Source: Trueperaceae bacterium
Lineage (GTDB): Bacteria > Deinococcota > Deinococci > Deinococcales > Trueperaceae
Length of the DNA: 64,000 nucleotides
Assembly: GCA_965213705.1 (NCBI GenBank)
Contig: OZ243913.1
Location: forward strand, 2,528,001-2,592,000
Direction of reading: 5' to 3'
The notes below the pieces were generated by a model. The model worked only from the letters and a program-made list of their open reading frames with translations, was not told the DNA's origin and made no database searches. Positions 49,888-59,228 of the stretch are shown here, piece after piece (within the stretch, counting starts at the first letter, position 1; every line of letters begins with the position of its first letter). The translations under genes and the position numbers were made by a program.

Positions 49888-49991
49888 AAAAAAGACCGCG
49901 CTGGCAAAGCGGGTCTTGGGACGGCGGTACTTGTAAAAAATACCGCTTTTTAGGCTGCTCGAGGCTGCGGCAACATCATCGTGAGAGTGTA
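49888..49991 (-). promoter_or_regulatory. Candidate alaS attenuator: -10 box, leader peptide MMLPQPRAA (49950-49979), alternative hairpins, intrinsic terminator
   Basis: TACACT-6nt-ATG ATG TTG CCG CAG CCT CGA GCA GCC TAA; terminator AAGACCCGCTTTGCCAGCGCGGTCTTTTTT. Confidence 0.65.
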
Positions 49992-50030
49992 GCGGACCGA
50001 AGCGGGCTTTGTAAAGGCAGGTGCGGTCAA

Positions 50031-50192
50031 GCCGCCCGTCTCGAACCCTTCGTTGAATGAGAAACGGAAATCGCTACACTACAAACTGAGATTGCGGACC
50101 TCGAGACCGAACTGAACGACGCCGTTTACGAAGTTTGTGGGTTGGACGAGGACGACAGGAAAGTCGTAGAGGGCTTTCTCGAGCGGTTTTGA
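50031..50192 (+). pseudogene. C-terminal remnant resembling type IIG restriction-modification enzymes
   Basis: AARLEPFVE*ETEIATLQTEIADLETELNDAVYEVCGLDEDDRKVVEGFLERF* with in-frame stop. Confidence 0.55.
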
Positions 50193-50249
50193 GCTGCGTG
50201 TCCGGGTATCTGAGCTACACAAGAACGGTCCAAGCGCTAGAATAAAGAC

Positions 50250-50528
50250 ATGGTTACACTTGATAAAGCCATGGACATGGTGATGGAGCTTTCGCCGGAT
50301 GAGCGGGAACTGCTGTTAGACATTGTGCGACAGCGACAAACCGACGCGAGGCGGGCTGAAATTGCCGGGAACGCGCGGGAAGCTAGGGCGCTGCTCGAGG
50401 CGGGCAAGCTCAAACCCGAGCCTTTGGACGAGGCACTTGTTCGGCTGCACGCTTCTCTCGACGAAACGGATGCACGAGGGAGCTGGTCTTCAGTCCCAAA
50501 TTCGAGCGTGCTTACCGGAGGTTCGTAA
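50250..50528 (+). CDS. Putative antitoxin with read-through C-terminal extension
   Basis: TAGAAT 6 nt before ATG; upstream of RelE-like toxin; probable ancestral stop at 50475. Confidence 0.7.
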   Translation: MVTLDKAMDMVMELSPDERELLLDIVRQRQTDARRAEIAGNAREARALLEAGKLKPEPLDEALVRLHASLDETDARGSWSSVPNSSVLTGGS

Positions 50529-50752
50529 AGCGGGACAAAGGTCTGCGGCGCAAGGTGGACGACGCCCTCGGGCTGATGAAACAAGATGTTTATTCGCCCT
50601 CCTTGCGTACCCACAAACTTTCGGGAGAACTAAGGGGACTTTTTGGATGCTCGTGTGGGTACGACTGCCGCATCGTGTTTTTTCTCGACACGGTAACTGA
50701 CCGAGAGCTTATTGTCCTGGTTGACATCGGCACGCACGACGAAGTGTACTAA
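50474..50752 (+). pseudogene. RelE/YafQ-like mRNA interferase toxin with ACG in place of its start codon
   Basis: Open frame (T)RELVFSPKFERAYRRF...LRTHKLSG...DIGTHDEVY. Confidence 0.75.
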
Positions 50753-51318
50753 CGCTGCCCCTCGGAACTTGACAAGCGTGCCGCACTGTCTGCACCGTCC
50801 AACAAAACCACGGCGGTGCTAATCATGCTGCTGTTGGGAACGATTAAACTTTCGTCCGCCTGAGAGCGCAGCCGCGTGTAGCCCAAGTTGATGCTCTCGA
50901 TGGCGGCGGTTTCGGTGGTCCCGGCAACTTGCAGGCGCACCGTGTCGCCCACCCGGTAGGGAAAGTAAAGCAGCAGCGACACCCCTGCGATGAGGTTGGA
51001 CAGCGTGGTCGACGCCGCCAGCCCGAACACCACCGACGCGACGCTGACCCCGGCCAGCAAAAAGGTTCCCAACGCGCGCAGTTCAGGGATGACGTGAAAG
51101 TAGGCGGTGAGCGCGACGACGTAGACGGCCGCCCTCGAGAACTGCACGAAAAACCGGGCGGCGGTGCGGTCGATGAGCCCTTTGCGGTCGCGCCGAAGGG
51201 CTCCCTCGACGAGCAGCCGAACCCCGCGCGCGGCGAGGTAAGCCAGGCCCGCGAAAAGGAGGGCGAAGAGGAGCGCGCGCAAAACCGCGCTCGACTCGAG
51301 CCAGGTCACAAGTTGCAC
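50749..51318 (-). CDS. Small mechanosensitive channel MscS family protein
   Basis: FGLAASTTLSNLIAG, PYRVGD, IVPNS; TAGACT 7 nt before GTG. Confidence 0.85.
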   Translation of the reverse strand: MQLVTWLESSAVLRALLFALLFAGLAYLAARGVRLLVEGALRRDRKGLIDRTAARFFVQFSRAAVYVVALTAYFHVIPELRALGTFLLAGVSVASVVFGLAASTTLSNLIAGVSLLLYFPYRVGDTVRLQVAGTTETAAIESINLGYTRLRSQADESLIVPNSSMISTAVVLLDGADSAARLSSSEGQR

Positions 51319-51411
51319 GCCGTCAAGTCTACGCCGCCCGCGCAAGCAGATTCAAAGGGTTGCGGACTACCGAGCGCAGAAAGGTGAGTGGACAAAAGGT
51401 AAAGTGCGGGC

Positions 51412-51870
51412 GTGGACTACATAAGCTACGTGCGTCAGATGGTCGGCCACGCGCCCCTCATCATGGTGGGGGCGGGCGTCGCGGTGTTCGACCCGGCCGG
51501 ACGCCTGCTGTTGCAGCGCCGCGCCGACAGCGGCGAGTGGGCGCTGAGCGGCGGCTTCATGGAGTTGGGCGAGAGCATTGAAGACACGGCTAGGCGGGAG
51601 GTCTTCGAGGAAACGGGCTTGACCCTCACGAACCTGAAGCTGCTCACCGTCTTTTCAAAGCCCGTAAAAACGCTGCCCAACGGCGACCAGGTGCAAGTCG
51701 TCCACGTCATCTACACCTCACAGACGCCCGAAGGCGACTTGAAAACCCAGGCGGAAGAGGTGCTCGAGCTGCGCTACTTCGACTTAGGCGACCTGCCCGA
51801 AGCCGTCTTCGAGCCCCACCGCGCTTTGCTGAAGGAGTTCCGCTCACGTTTTGTCGGCAACCGAGGCTGA
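51412..51870 (+). CDS. NUDIX hydrolase
   Basis: GGFMELGESIEDTARREVFEETGL. Confidence 0.93.
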   Translation: MDYISYVRQMVGHAPLIMVGAGVAVFDPAGRLLLQRRADSGEWALSGGFMELGESIEDTARREVFEETGLTLTNLKLLTVFSKPVKTLPNGDQVQVVHVIYTSQTPEGDLKTQAEEVLELRYFDLGDLPEAVFEPHRALLKEFRSRFVGNRG

Positions 51871-51949
51871 AACGCACACAAGTGCCAAAAGGGCTACACT
51901 GAGGGCCACAAAGAACGGCTTAGAAGGAAACTGTGATCAGGAGGCAGCT

Positions 51950-52195
51950 ATGAAACGTGTCGGCGTCCGCGAATTCAAAGACAGAGCGACGGCCTTGATT
52001 GCCGAGGAAAAAGGGTTGGTCATCGAGAAGCACGGCAAACCCGTCGGCTTTTATATTCCCCTCGTCAAAAAGGACAAAGCCAAGGCTAAAGAGGCGGCGG
52101 CAAAGCTCGAGCACACCCTCGCGAGTATCTTGGAGCGCACCGGCATGACACGCGCCGAACTCGAAACCGCTTGGGACGAGGCGGGGTCTGATTAG
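51950..52195 (+). CDS. Phd/YefM-like antitoxin
   Basis: MKRVGVREFK...IEKHGKPVG; AGGAGG RBS. Confidence 0.85.
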   Translation: MKRVGVREFKDRATALIAEEKGLVIEKHGKPVGFYIPLVKKDKAKAKEAAAKLEHTLASILERTGMTRAELETAWDEAGSD

Positions 52196-52637
52196 CTCCT
52201 TCCCCGTTGTGCTTGACGCGAGTACCGCCGTCGCCGAGGCGTTGCGCCGCCGCGGGCTGACACTCTTTGAAGACGAACGGCTCGAGCTGTACATGAGCGA
52301 GGAAGCGTGGTCGGAAACGCAGCACGAACTCAGCAAACGGGTTGCAAGAATCTCCGAGCGGCGCGGCTTTTCAATTGCCGAGCAAGACGCTTTGCTGAGC
52401 ACGACCAGCGCCGCTTTAAGCGCTTGTTTCTACGTCGTTCCTACCGAAGCCTACACGCCCTTCCAAACCGCCGCGCTCGGGCGGGTTCCACAAGACCCGG
52501 GTGACTGGTCCAGCGTCGCTCTCGCTCTAGCAATTGACGCAGGCGTTTGGACGGAAGACCGTGACTTCTTCGGCTCCGGTCTCACAACCTGGCGTACACC
52601 CGTTTTACAGCACGTTTTAGGTATGGAAGCCGCGTAG
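52188..52637 (+). CDS. PIN-domain toxin, probable non-canonical start
   Basis: PVVLDAS, E, DPGDW, WTEDRDF; frame open from CTG 52188, first standard start GTG 52209. Confidence 0.75.
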   Translation: MISSFPVVLDASTAVAEALRRRGLTLFEDERLELYMSEEAWSETQHELSKRVARISERRGFSIAEQDALLSTTSAALSACFYVVPTEAYTPFQTAALGRVPQDPGDWSSVALALAIDAGVWTEDRDFFGSGLTTWRTPVLQHVLGMEAA

Positions 52638-52776
52638 CTCAACCCAAAAAGAGCAGTAAATTCCAATCTTATTACGAAGGGTTTGCAGCACCTCGGCGAC
52701 GAGGGTCGGGCTCGGGACCTTCGTTCGGTTTCACATCAGCTTTCCACCCGACACGTAGGGCGTAGAATAAACGCTT

Positions 52777-53925
52777 ATGTCGCTGCGCCGCTCGTTTCAG
52801 AACCCCCAAACCCGTCACTTACTTTTCACCGGCTTTCTCGCTTTCATCGTTATCGGCGCGCTGCAAGCGATGTACGGCCCCGCTTTCCCGGCGCTGCGCG
52901 AGCGCTACGGGCTCAGCGCGGAGACGGTGGCGGGCATTGTCAGTTTTTATTTTTTGGGCGGGTTCGTCACCATCTCCCTCAGCGGCTTTTTAATACGGTG
53001 GCTCGGCTATCGGCGCTTGCTGTCGGTGTTTTCGCTGTTCATGCTGCTCGGCAGCTTCGGCGTCGCGCTGAGTGAAAGTTGGACTGTGACACTCGCGGCG
53101 GTTTTTGTGACCGGGCTCGGCTTCGGGGCCATCGACATCGGTACGAACCTGCTGTTCGCCCGAACCTTCACCTCGCGCAGCGCGCCCGCGCTCAACTTGT
53201 TGCACGCGCTGTACGGCGTCGGGGCGATGCTCGGGCCGGTCTTTATTTCGCTGTTTTCGCCCTCGGTGCGGGTGCCGTTTTTGGGGGCGGCCGCGCTCGC
53301 CGGCGTCCTCTTCGCGCTGTGCTTGCGCTTGGAGGACCCGCCGCCGCCGCCGGTCGAGCGTACGCTTTCTCTACCCTACGCGCGGCTGTTCGGCTTCGTG
53401 CTCGTCTACTTTTTGTACGTCGCCTGCGAAGTCGGGGTGGCGAGTTGGGAGACGACGCACCTGGCGCCGTACCTGGGGGTGGAGACGGCGGCGGGGCTGA
53501 CCGCGCTGTATTGGGGCGCGCTGACGGTGGGGAGGTTTGTCGCCTCGCCGCTGAGCAGCCGCGTCGCGCCGGGCGACCTCGTGCTCGGTTCGGTCGGGTT
53601 GGCGTGTGCAGGCATCCTGCTCACTTTTATCGTGCCCGTCGCGCCTTACGCTTACGTGCTCGTGGGCTTGGCGTTCGCCCCCGTCTTCCCGACCGGTATC
53701 AGTTGGCTGCAAGAGGTTTTTCCCGCGCGGGCCGAGCAGGTTGTGCCCGTCGTCGTCGCGGTGGCGAACTTAGGCCCGGTCGCGGGCTCGTGGTTTATCG
53801 GCGCGGTGGTGGCGCGGGGCTCGAGCGACGCCGTCCCCGCCGTGCTGTCCGGGCTCCTGTTGCTGATGCTGGTCGCGACGGGCGTTGTGTGGCGACAAAC
53901 GCGGCTTACCGAAAGCGTCGGCTGA
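52777..53925 (+). CDS. MFS transporter (fucose-permease-like)
   Basis: About 12 TMs; LNLLHALYGVGAMLGP, LYVACEVG, GLAFAPVFP. Confidence 0.88.
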   Translation: MSLRRSFQNPQTRHLLFTGFLAFIVIGALQAMYGPAFPALRERYGLSAETVAGIVSFYFLGGFVTISLSGFLIRWLGYRRLLSVFSLFMLLGSFGVALSESWTVTLAAVFVTGLGFGAIDIGTNLLFARTFTSRSAPALNLLHALYGVGAMLGPVFISLFSPSVRVPFLGAAALAGVLFALCLRLEDPPPPPVERTLSLPYARLFGFVLVYFLYVACEVGVASWETTHLAPYLGVETAAGLTALYWGALTVGRFVASPLSSRVAPGDLVLGSVGLACAGILLTFIVPVAPYAYVLVGLAFAPVFPTGISWLQEVFPARAEQVVPVVVAVANLGPVAGSWFIGAVVARGSSDAVPAVLSGLLLLMLVATGVVWRQTRLTESVG

Positions 53926-54181
53926 GACGAGGGGGTTTGTCGATGAACGAAATCGGTCTCGAGAAAAACAGCAGTTCCACAGGGCGTTGAGACTTCGTCG
54001 TGGTCTCGCCTCAAATCCCCCGGCCCAAAGGGCCACCCCCTTTTAAGGGATAAGGGTCAAGAGCGCTTCCGTCGTGAAAAATTGAGTAGAAGTTGAAAGA
54101 AGCAAGAAGTAGGCAGCAAGAGGGGTGCGATGCGCTGAGATGTGGCATGTCTGCGACGGGCTCACGCAGGTGCAGCAAGCC

Positions 54182-55102
54182 TCAAGTCGAGCCGGCGAGC
54201 AAGTGTTCGATGTCCGCTCGAGACGGCAAGCTCGGCTGCGCGCCTTGTTTCGTCGTGGCGAGCGCGCCCGCGGCGTTGGCAAAGCGCACGGCCTCGGCCA
54301 GACTCGCGCCCTCGGCAAGTTTCACCGCGAGCGCCCCGCAAAACGCGTCGCCCGCGGCCGTCGTGTCGACCACCTGGACGCTGTGAGCGCTCAAACGGCC
54401 CGCGCTCTCCCCCACCCAGGCCACGCCCTCGCCTCCCAAGGTGACGACAACGTTGCCGACGCCCCGCTCGAGCAACTTCTCGCCCGCAGCCTGCGCCGAA
54501 GCCGCGTCTGTGACTTTTGTTCCGACCAAGAATCCGGCCTCGCCCTCGTTGACGACGAGGTGCGTCACGTTTTTCAGCAGGTTGGCGGGCAGGTCTCGAG
54601 CGGGGGCCACGTTGAGGACGACGAGGATGTCACGTTTTTGAGCTAGTTCGGCGGCACGGGCAACGGTTTCCAGCGGACTCTCGAGCTGCATCAGCACCAC
54701 GGCGACGTCTTCGAAGTGCTCGTCGAGAACCGTTTCGGGGGTCAAGTGTCGGTTCGCCCCAGAACTCACCACGATCATGTTCTCGCCGCCCGCGTCGACG
54801 GTGATAAAGGCCAGACCGCTCTGCCCGTCGACCTCGGCGACCAAACCCGTGTCCACCCCTGCGGTCTCGAGGGCACCTTGCAAACCTTGCCCGTGGTCGT
54901 CCGTGCCGACGCGCCCGAGCATTCGCACGTTCCCGCCCGCTTGGGCGGCGGCGGCAGCCTGGTTCGCGCCCTTGCCGCCCGGAAACGTCGCCACGTCGGA
55001 CGCCAACACCGTGTCGCCGGGCCGGGGCTGCACTTCAACCTGCACGACCAAGTCCATGTTAAGGCTGCCGACGACCAAAACGCGGCCCGCTGGGTGAGAC
55101 AT
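54182..55102 (-). CDS. rbsK: Ribokinase
   Basis: GSLNMD, GGKGANQA, NEGE, DTTAAGDAF. Confidence 0.93.
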   Translation of the reverse strand: MSHPAGRVLVVGSLNMDLVVQVEVQPRPGDTVLASDVATFPGGKGANQAAAAAQAGGNVRMLGRVGTDDHGQGLQGALETAGVDTGLVAEVDGQSGLAFITVDAGGENMIVVSSGANRHLTPETVLDEHFEDVAVVLMQLESPLETVARAAELAQKRDILVVLNVAPARDLPANLLKNVTHLVVNEGEAGFLVGTKVTDAASAQAAGEKLLERGVGNVVVTLGGEGVAWVGESAGRLSAHSVQVVDTTAAGDAFCGALAVKLAEGASLAEAVRFANAAGALATTKQGAQPSLPSRADIEHLLAGST

Positions 55103-55173
55103 CTGGGTATTCTACGCCGCCGCGCGCACGCTATACTCGCTCGAGCTGGGTTTCTACTTTGGGGAGGTCAACG

Positions 55174-55992
55174 ATGGTCAGACGTTCACGCGGACGAAGC
55201 GCAGGTGGGATAGGCGGCCGCCTGCTCATCGCCCTCGTCATCGCCGCTTTTTCGGTTTTTTCTTTTTTCAGCACCCGCTCGACCAACGAGGTCACGGGCG
55301 AGACGCAGTACGTCGACCTGTCGCCCGACCAGGAAATCGCCCTCGGTTTGCAAGCCGTGCCCGAGATGGTGCAGCAGTACGGCGGCGAGTACAACGAGCA
55401 AAACGCCGACTACGTCGAGCAGGTCGGGCAAAAGGTCGTCGCGGCCTCGGCCGCCGGCCAAACGCCCTACGAGTTCGACTTTCACCTCCTCGCCGACGCC
55501 CAGACGGTCAACGCCTTTGCGCTGCCGGGCGGGCAGGTGTTCATTACCGCGGCACTTTACCAAGCTTTAGAGACCGAAGGCCAACTCGCCGGGGTGTTGG
55601 GCCACGAGGTCGGCCACGTCGTCGCGCGCCACGGCTCGGAGCACTTGGCGAAGCAAAAGCTCACCCAGGGCCTTATCAACGCGACCGGCGTCGGGGTGGG
55701 TTACAGCGGCGCGGAACTCGCGGCGGCGGTGGGCCAGATGGTCAACCTAAAGTACGGCCGCAACGACGAGTTGGAGTCCGACCTTCTCGGCGTGCGTTTT
55801 ATGAGCGACGCGGGCTACGACCCGCGGGCGATGATTCGCGTGATGGAGATTTTAGAGGCGGCCTCCGGCGGCGCGTCGCGGCAGCCCGAGTTCGCCAGCA
55901 CCCACCCCAACCCCGGCAACCGAATTCAGCACATCCAAGAGGTCATCGCCCAGGAGTTTCCGAACGGCGTCCCGGCGGGGCTGACAGAGTAA
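55174..55992 (+). CDS. M48 family zinc metalloprotease
   Basis: NAFALPGG, HEVGH, ELESD, STHP. Confidence 0.92.
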   Translation: MVRRSRGRSAGGIGGRLLIALVIAAFSVFSFFSTRSTNEVTGETQYVDLSPDQEIALGLQAVPEMVQQYGGEYNEQNADYVEQVGQKVVAASAAGQTPYEFDFHLLADAQTVNAFALPGGQVFITAALYQALETEGQLAGVLGHEVGHVVARHGSEHLAKQKLTQGLINATGVGVGYSGAELAAAVGQMVNLKYGRNDELESDLLGVRFMSDAGYDPRAMIRVMEILEAASGGASRQPEFASTHPNPGNRIQHIQEVIAQEFPNGVPAGLTE

Positions 55993-56010
55993 CGCTCGTC
56001 TTCACCCACA

Positions 56011-56042
56011 AACCCTCACCTTGTGCAAGGTGAGGGTTTTTC
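56011..56042 (+). terminator. Intrinsic terminator after the M48 gene
   Basis: AAACCCTCACCTTG-TG-CAAGGTGAGGGTTTTT. Confidence 0.8.
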
Positions 56043-56123
56043 AGCTCGGGCCCACAACGACCTCGAGCACCTTTCTTACCGAGACGACCCTCGACAAACA
56101 AGCCCGAGTGCTATGCTGAAACC

Positions 56124-56729
56124 ATGAACGAGACGGCCGAAATACCCAAAAAAGAGCCCAGTTACGGCGTCCTCGAGCTGTTTCCATATCAGGGTGACTG
56201 GACCGAGGCCGACTATCTCGAGCTGACCGCCTCTACAAATCACCTGGTCGAACTTTCTGAGGGTCGATTGGACGTTTTGCTTATGCCGAGCGTGCGGCAC
56301 CAAAAGCTCGTCAGGTTTCTCTTTCGCCTGCTGGACGTTTTCGTGTTTGAAAGACGGTTGGGTGAGGTTTTGTTCGCGCCCTTGCGAGTCAAGCTTTGGG
56401 ACGGCAAATTCCGCGAGCCCGACGTCGTTTTTATGTTTGCGGAACGCGCCGCGCAGCAGACCGACAGGTTCTGGCGAGGTGCCGACCTGGTCGTCGAGGT
56501 CGTCAGCCCGGACGACCCCACGCGAGACACCGTCGACAAGTTTCAGGAATACGCCCAGGCAGGCATCGGTGAATACTGGCTGGTCGACCCCAGGGACGAC
56601 TCGGTCACCGTTTACACCCTGGCGGCGGGTGAAACGACGTATCGACAACTCGGCTCGACCGGCGGGGAAGCTTGCTCGAGCGTGCTCGAGGGTTTTTGCG
56701 TCGACGTGGCCGAGCTGTTCGCGGTCTGA
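56124..56729 (+). CDS. Uma2 family endonuclease
   Basis: EPDVVF, DLVVEVVSP, EYWLVDP. Confidence 0.9.
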   Translation: MNETAEIPKKEPSYGVLELFPYQGDWTEADYLELTASTNHLVELSEGRLDVLLMPSVRHQKLVRFLFRLLDVFVFERRLGEVLFAPLRVKLWDGKFREPDVVFMFAERAAQQTDRFWRGADLVVEVVSPDDPTRDTVDKFQEYAQAGIGEYWLVDPRDDSVTVYTLAAGETTYRQLGSTGGEACSSVLEGFCVDVAELFAV

Positions 56730-56938
56730 GTTGTTCGAAGTTTGAGAGGCTCGAGGTTCTGACCCCTTTCCAAAGCCCGTTCGTTACCGAAACAACGAGC
56801 GGTCCGCGCTGGAAAAACGAATTCAGATGACGAGGGCGCACTCTCGAGCAAATATGCAGTCGTCACTCTCTGCCAACCTTGCGCTTGACTGCAGTCCTGA
56901 ACTTTTGGGCCACTTAGAGTGAGCAGTAGGAGGACACT

Positions 56939-57322
56939 ATGGCCGACTTGGCAAACAGTTTCAAGGACGCGCTCCACACGATTGAGCAGGAGAAAAAGCC
57001 CGACGCGGTGCTAGCTTTTTTTGAAGATGCCTCGACCCTCAAACGCCTCAACCACGAACACTACGAGGGCAGGAGCGGGGCCGAGAAGTTTTGGAACGAG
57101 TACCTGAGCACGTTCAAAACGCAGGAAACGACCTTCCACAACACCGTCGACGCAGACGAGGCGGTGGTGCTCGAGTGGGTCTCCAAGGGTGAGTTTCCCA
57201 ACGGCGAGCCTTACGAGTACCGCGGCGTGAGCATCCTGGAGCGGGACGGCAACAAGGTGAAAGCGTTCCGCACCTACTACGACTCGGCGGTCTTTATCAA
57301 CGAGTCAGCGCTCTCGAGCTAA
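56939..57322 (+). CDS. NTF2/SnoaL-like protein
   Basis: VLEW, YRGVSILE, FRTYYD; AGGAGG RBS. Confidence 0.85.
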   Translation: MADLANSFKDALHTIEQEKKPDAVLAFFEDASTLKRLNHEHYEGRSGAEKFWNEYLSTFKTQETTFHNTVDADEAVVLEWVSKGEFPNGEPYEYRGVSILERDGNKVKAFRTYYDSAVFINESALSS

Positions 57323-57340
57323 ACCCACTCCCGACAAATA

Positions 57341-57370
57341 AGAACCGCAGCCCAATCGGCTGCGGTTTTT
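57341..57370. terminator. Terminator between convergent genes
   Basis: AACCGCAGCC-CAATC-GGCTGCGGTTTTT. Confidence 0.75.
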
Positions 57371-57387
57371 GTCGTTAAGCGGACGCT

Positions 57388-57753
57388 TTAGCCGTCGACC
57401 TGGACGCGGCCCGCGCCCGCTTGCTTCATCAGGACCTCGATGTCGCGGGCGTCGTCGCCGTCGGTGTTCAGGATGATGAGTTTGGCTCCGTCCTGAACGC
57501 TGCGGTAAAAGAAGGCTTTTTCGTCGTCGCTTATGTTGGCGCGTCCCAGACCGCCGGGGTAGCTGCTCGGGTTGACGATTGCGCCGCCCCGGAAGCCGGA
57601 CGCGTTGCCGATGACCGAACCCACCTCGTTGGTGTCGGCGAGGCCGCTGTCGATGACCTCGACCACGTCGTCGCCGTAGCCGGCCTGCTCGAGCGCGTCC
57701 CTCGCTTTGGTAACGCCGTTTTCGTCGTCGAATACGCCTATGACCGTTGCCAT
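57388..57753 (-). CDS. General stress protein-like (YflT-type)
   Basis: MATVIGVFD..A..AL..AG N-terminus. Confidence 0.6.
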   Translation of the reverse strand: MATVIGVFDDENGVTKARDALEQAGYGDDVVEVIDSGLADTNEVGSVIGNASGFRGGAIVNPSSYPGGLGRANISDDEKAFFYRSVQDGAKLIILNTDGDDARDIEVLMKQAGAGRVQVDG

Positions 57754-57768
57754 AACAACTCCTTTTCT

Positions 57769-58215
57769 CTAACTGGCGTGTTTGAGGTCCCGGATGCGGT
57801 CGTGCGCGGCCTTGACCTCTTGGTACTGCTGAGAAAGCATCGTCTTGACGTCGCTCGGCAGGTCCTCGTCCATGACGTCTTGGTAGTTGTCGACGGCGAC
57901 GTCTTCGCCCCGCTCGACCTCGGCGATGACGGCCTCGTCGCCCTTACCGGTGATGGCGTCGCGCACGTTCAGCCAGGCGCGGTGCAGCGCGGCCCCGGCG
58001 CTCGTGTGGTCGTGCGGCTCGCCGCCCAAGCGGCGGATTTCGCTGCTGACTTCGCTGGCGAAACGCCCGCGCTGCTGGGCGAGTTCGTTGAACATCGTCT
58101 TGTACTGGCTGTTCTCCGCCTCGTCGGCCGCCTCACGGTAGCCTTTTTCCCCGTCGAGCAGGGTGCCTAAGACGTGGTTGAGCTTGCTGATGACTTGGTC
58201 GTTGTCGAGTGCCAT
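57769..58215 (-). CDS. PA2169 family (DUF2383) ferritin-like four-helix bundle protein
   Basis: DGEKGY, LGGEP, LHRAW, ERGED. Confidence 0.88.
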   Translation of the reverse strand: MALDNDQVISKLNHVLGTLLDGEKGYREAADEAENSQYKTMFNELAQQRGRFASEVSSEIRRLGGEPHDHTSAGAALHRAWLNVRDAITGKGDEAVIAEVERGEDVAVDNYQDVMDEDLPSDVKTMLSQQYQEVKAAHDRIRDLKHAS

Positions 58216-58427
58216 GTTTTACTCCTTAAAATGTGACTTGGTTTATCTTACAAAATTTTCGCCCAAAGGTGAACCACCGAACGGGACGCCCTACACCAAA
58301 CAGCGCTTCTAGGAGTGATTGAGACGTGCCGACGCGCAAGTTCAGAAGCAAACCTCCACAGAGCTACCTCCCCTAAAAAGGTCGGCAAGGTCAAGACCGA
58401 TTTATCTCAATGTTGCGTGGAAGAGCT

Positions 58428-58454
58428 AAAAAAGGCGGGCGTGTGCGCCCGCCC
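58428..58454 (-). terminator. Terminator after the PfpI-family gene
   Basis: GGGCGGGCGCACACGCCCGCCTTTTTT on the minus strand. Confidence 0.75.
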
Positions 58455-58466
58455 TCGTCCGAGGTT

Positions 58467-59033
58467 TTAACGCTGCACAGTTTGTCGTTCGTGCTTGCCT
58501 TCGGCGATTTCTTCGATCATCTTTTTGTTGAAAGCGGGGATGTCGTCCGGTTTGCGGCTCGTGACGAGGCCCTGGTCGGTGACCACTTCTTCGTCGACCC
58601 AGGTCGCCCCGGCGTTTTTGAGGTCGGTTCGCAGGCTCGGGAACGAGGTCATTTTTCGGCCCGCGACGACGCCCGCTTCGATGAGCGTCCAAGGCGCGTG
58701 GCAAATCGCCGCGACCGGCTTGTGCTGGTCGAAAAACGCCCTGACGAAGCTCACGGCCGCGTCGCTCCGGCGCAGGTGGTCCGGGTTCATCACGCCGCCG
58801 GGCAGCAGCAGGGCGTCGTAGTCGTCGGCTTTAGCGTCGGCGACGACCACGTCAACGTCGAAGGTGTCGCCCCAGTCGGTTTCGTCCCAACCCTTGACCT
58901 GTCCGCTTTCCAGCGAGACGACGTGCGTCTGCGCGCCGGCCTCCTCCAAGGCTTGCTTGGGCTTGGTGAGTTCGACCTGCTCGAAGCCCTTGGCGACGAG
59001 AATGGCGACTTTTTTACCGTTCAAATTTTGCAT
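58467..59033 (-). CDS. PfpI/DJ-1 family type 1 glutamine amidotransferase-like protein
   Basis: GFEQVE, LPGG..NPD, AICHAPW, TSRKPDD. Confidence 0.92.
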   Translation of the reverse strand: MQNLNGKKVAILVAKGFEQVELTKPKQALEEAGAQTHVVSLESGQVKGWDETDWGDTFDVDVVVADAKADDYDALLLPGGVMNPDHLRRSDAAVSFVRAFFDQHKPVAAICHAPWTLIEAGVVAGRKMTSFPSLRTDLKNAGATWVDEEVVTDQGLVTSRKPDDIPAFNKKMIEEIAEGKHERQTVQR

Positions 59034-59228
59034 GGTTTGCCTCCCTGCGTGCCAGTGTAGGGGGAGGCGCAAGCCGAAAGTATAAAGGGGCTGACAATGT
59101 TGGTAAGGGGTTTACATAGAGGGTGCTGAGTCTCTTGCGCGCAACTTCGCCGAAGGTGTCGTGGCGCGCGGGTGGAGGCTAGATTGGTCCGGAAGCTGAT
59201 TGACCGAAGCTGAGTTAGACTGGCTCCT

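Noticed and set aside
49826..50030. T-box riboswitch upstream of alaS
   Set aside because: No TGGNACC T-box bulge or room for stem I between the -10 box and terminator
53926..54181. Several short stems between the MFS gene and rbsK
   Set aside because: Single-copy, imperfect stems; cannot tell from terminator or degenerate repeat
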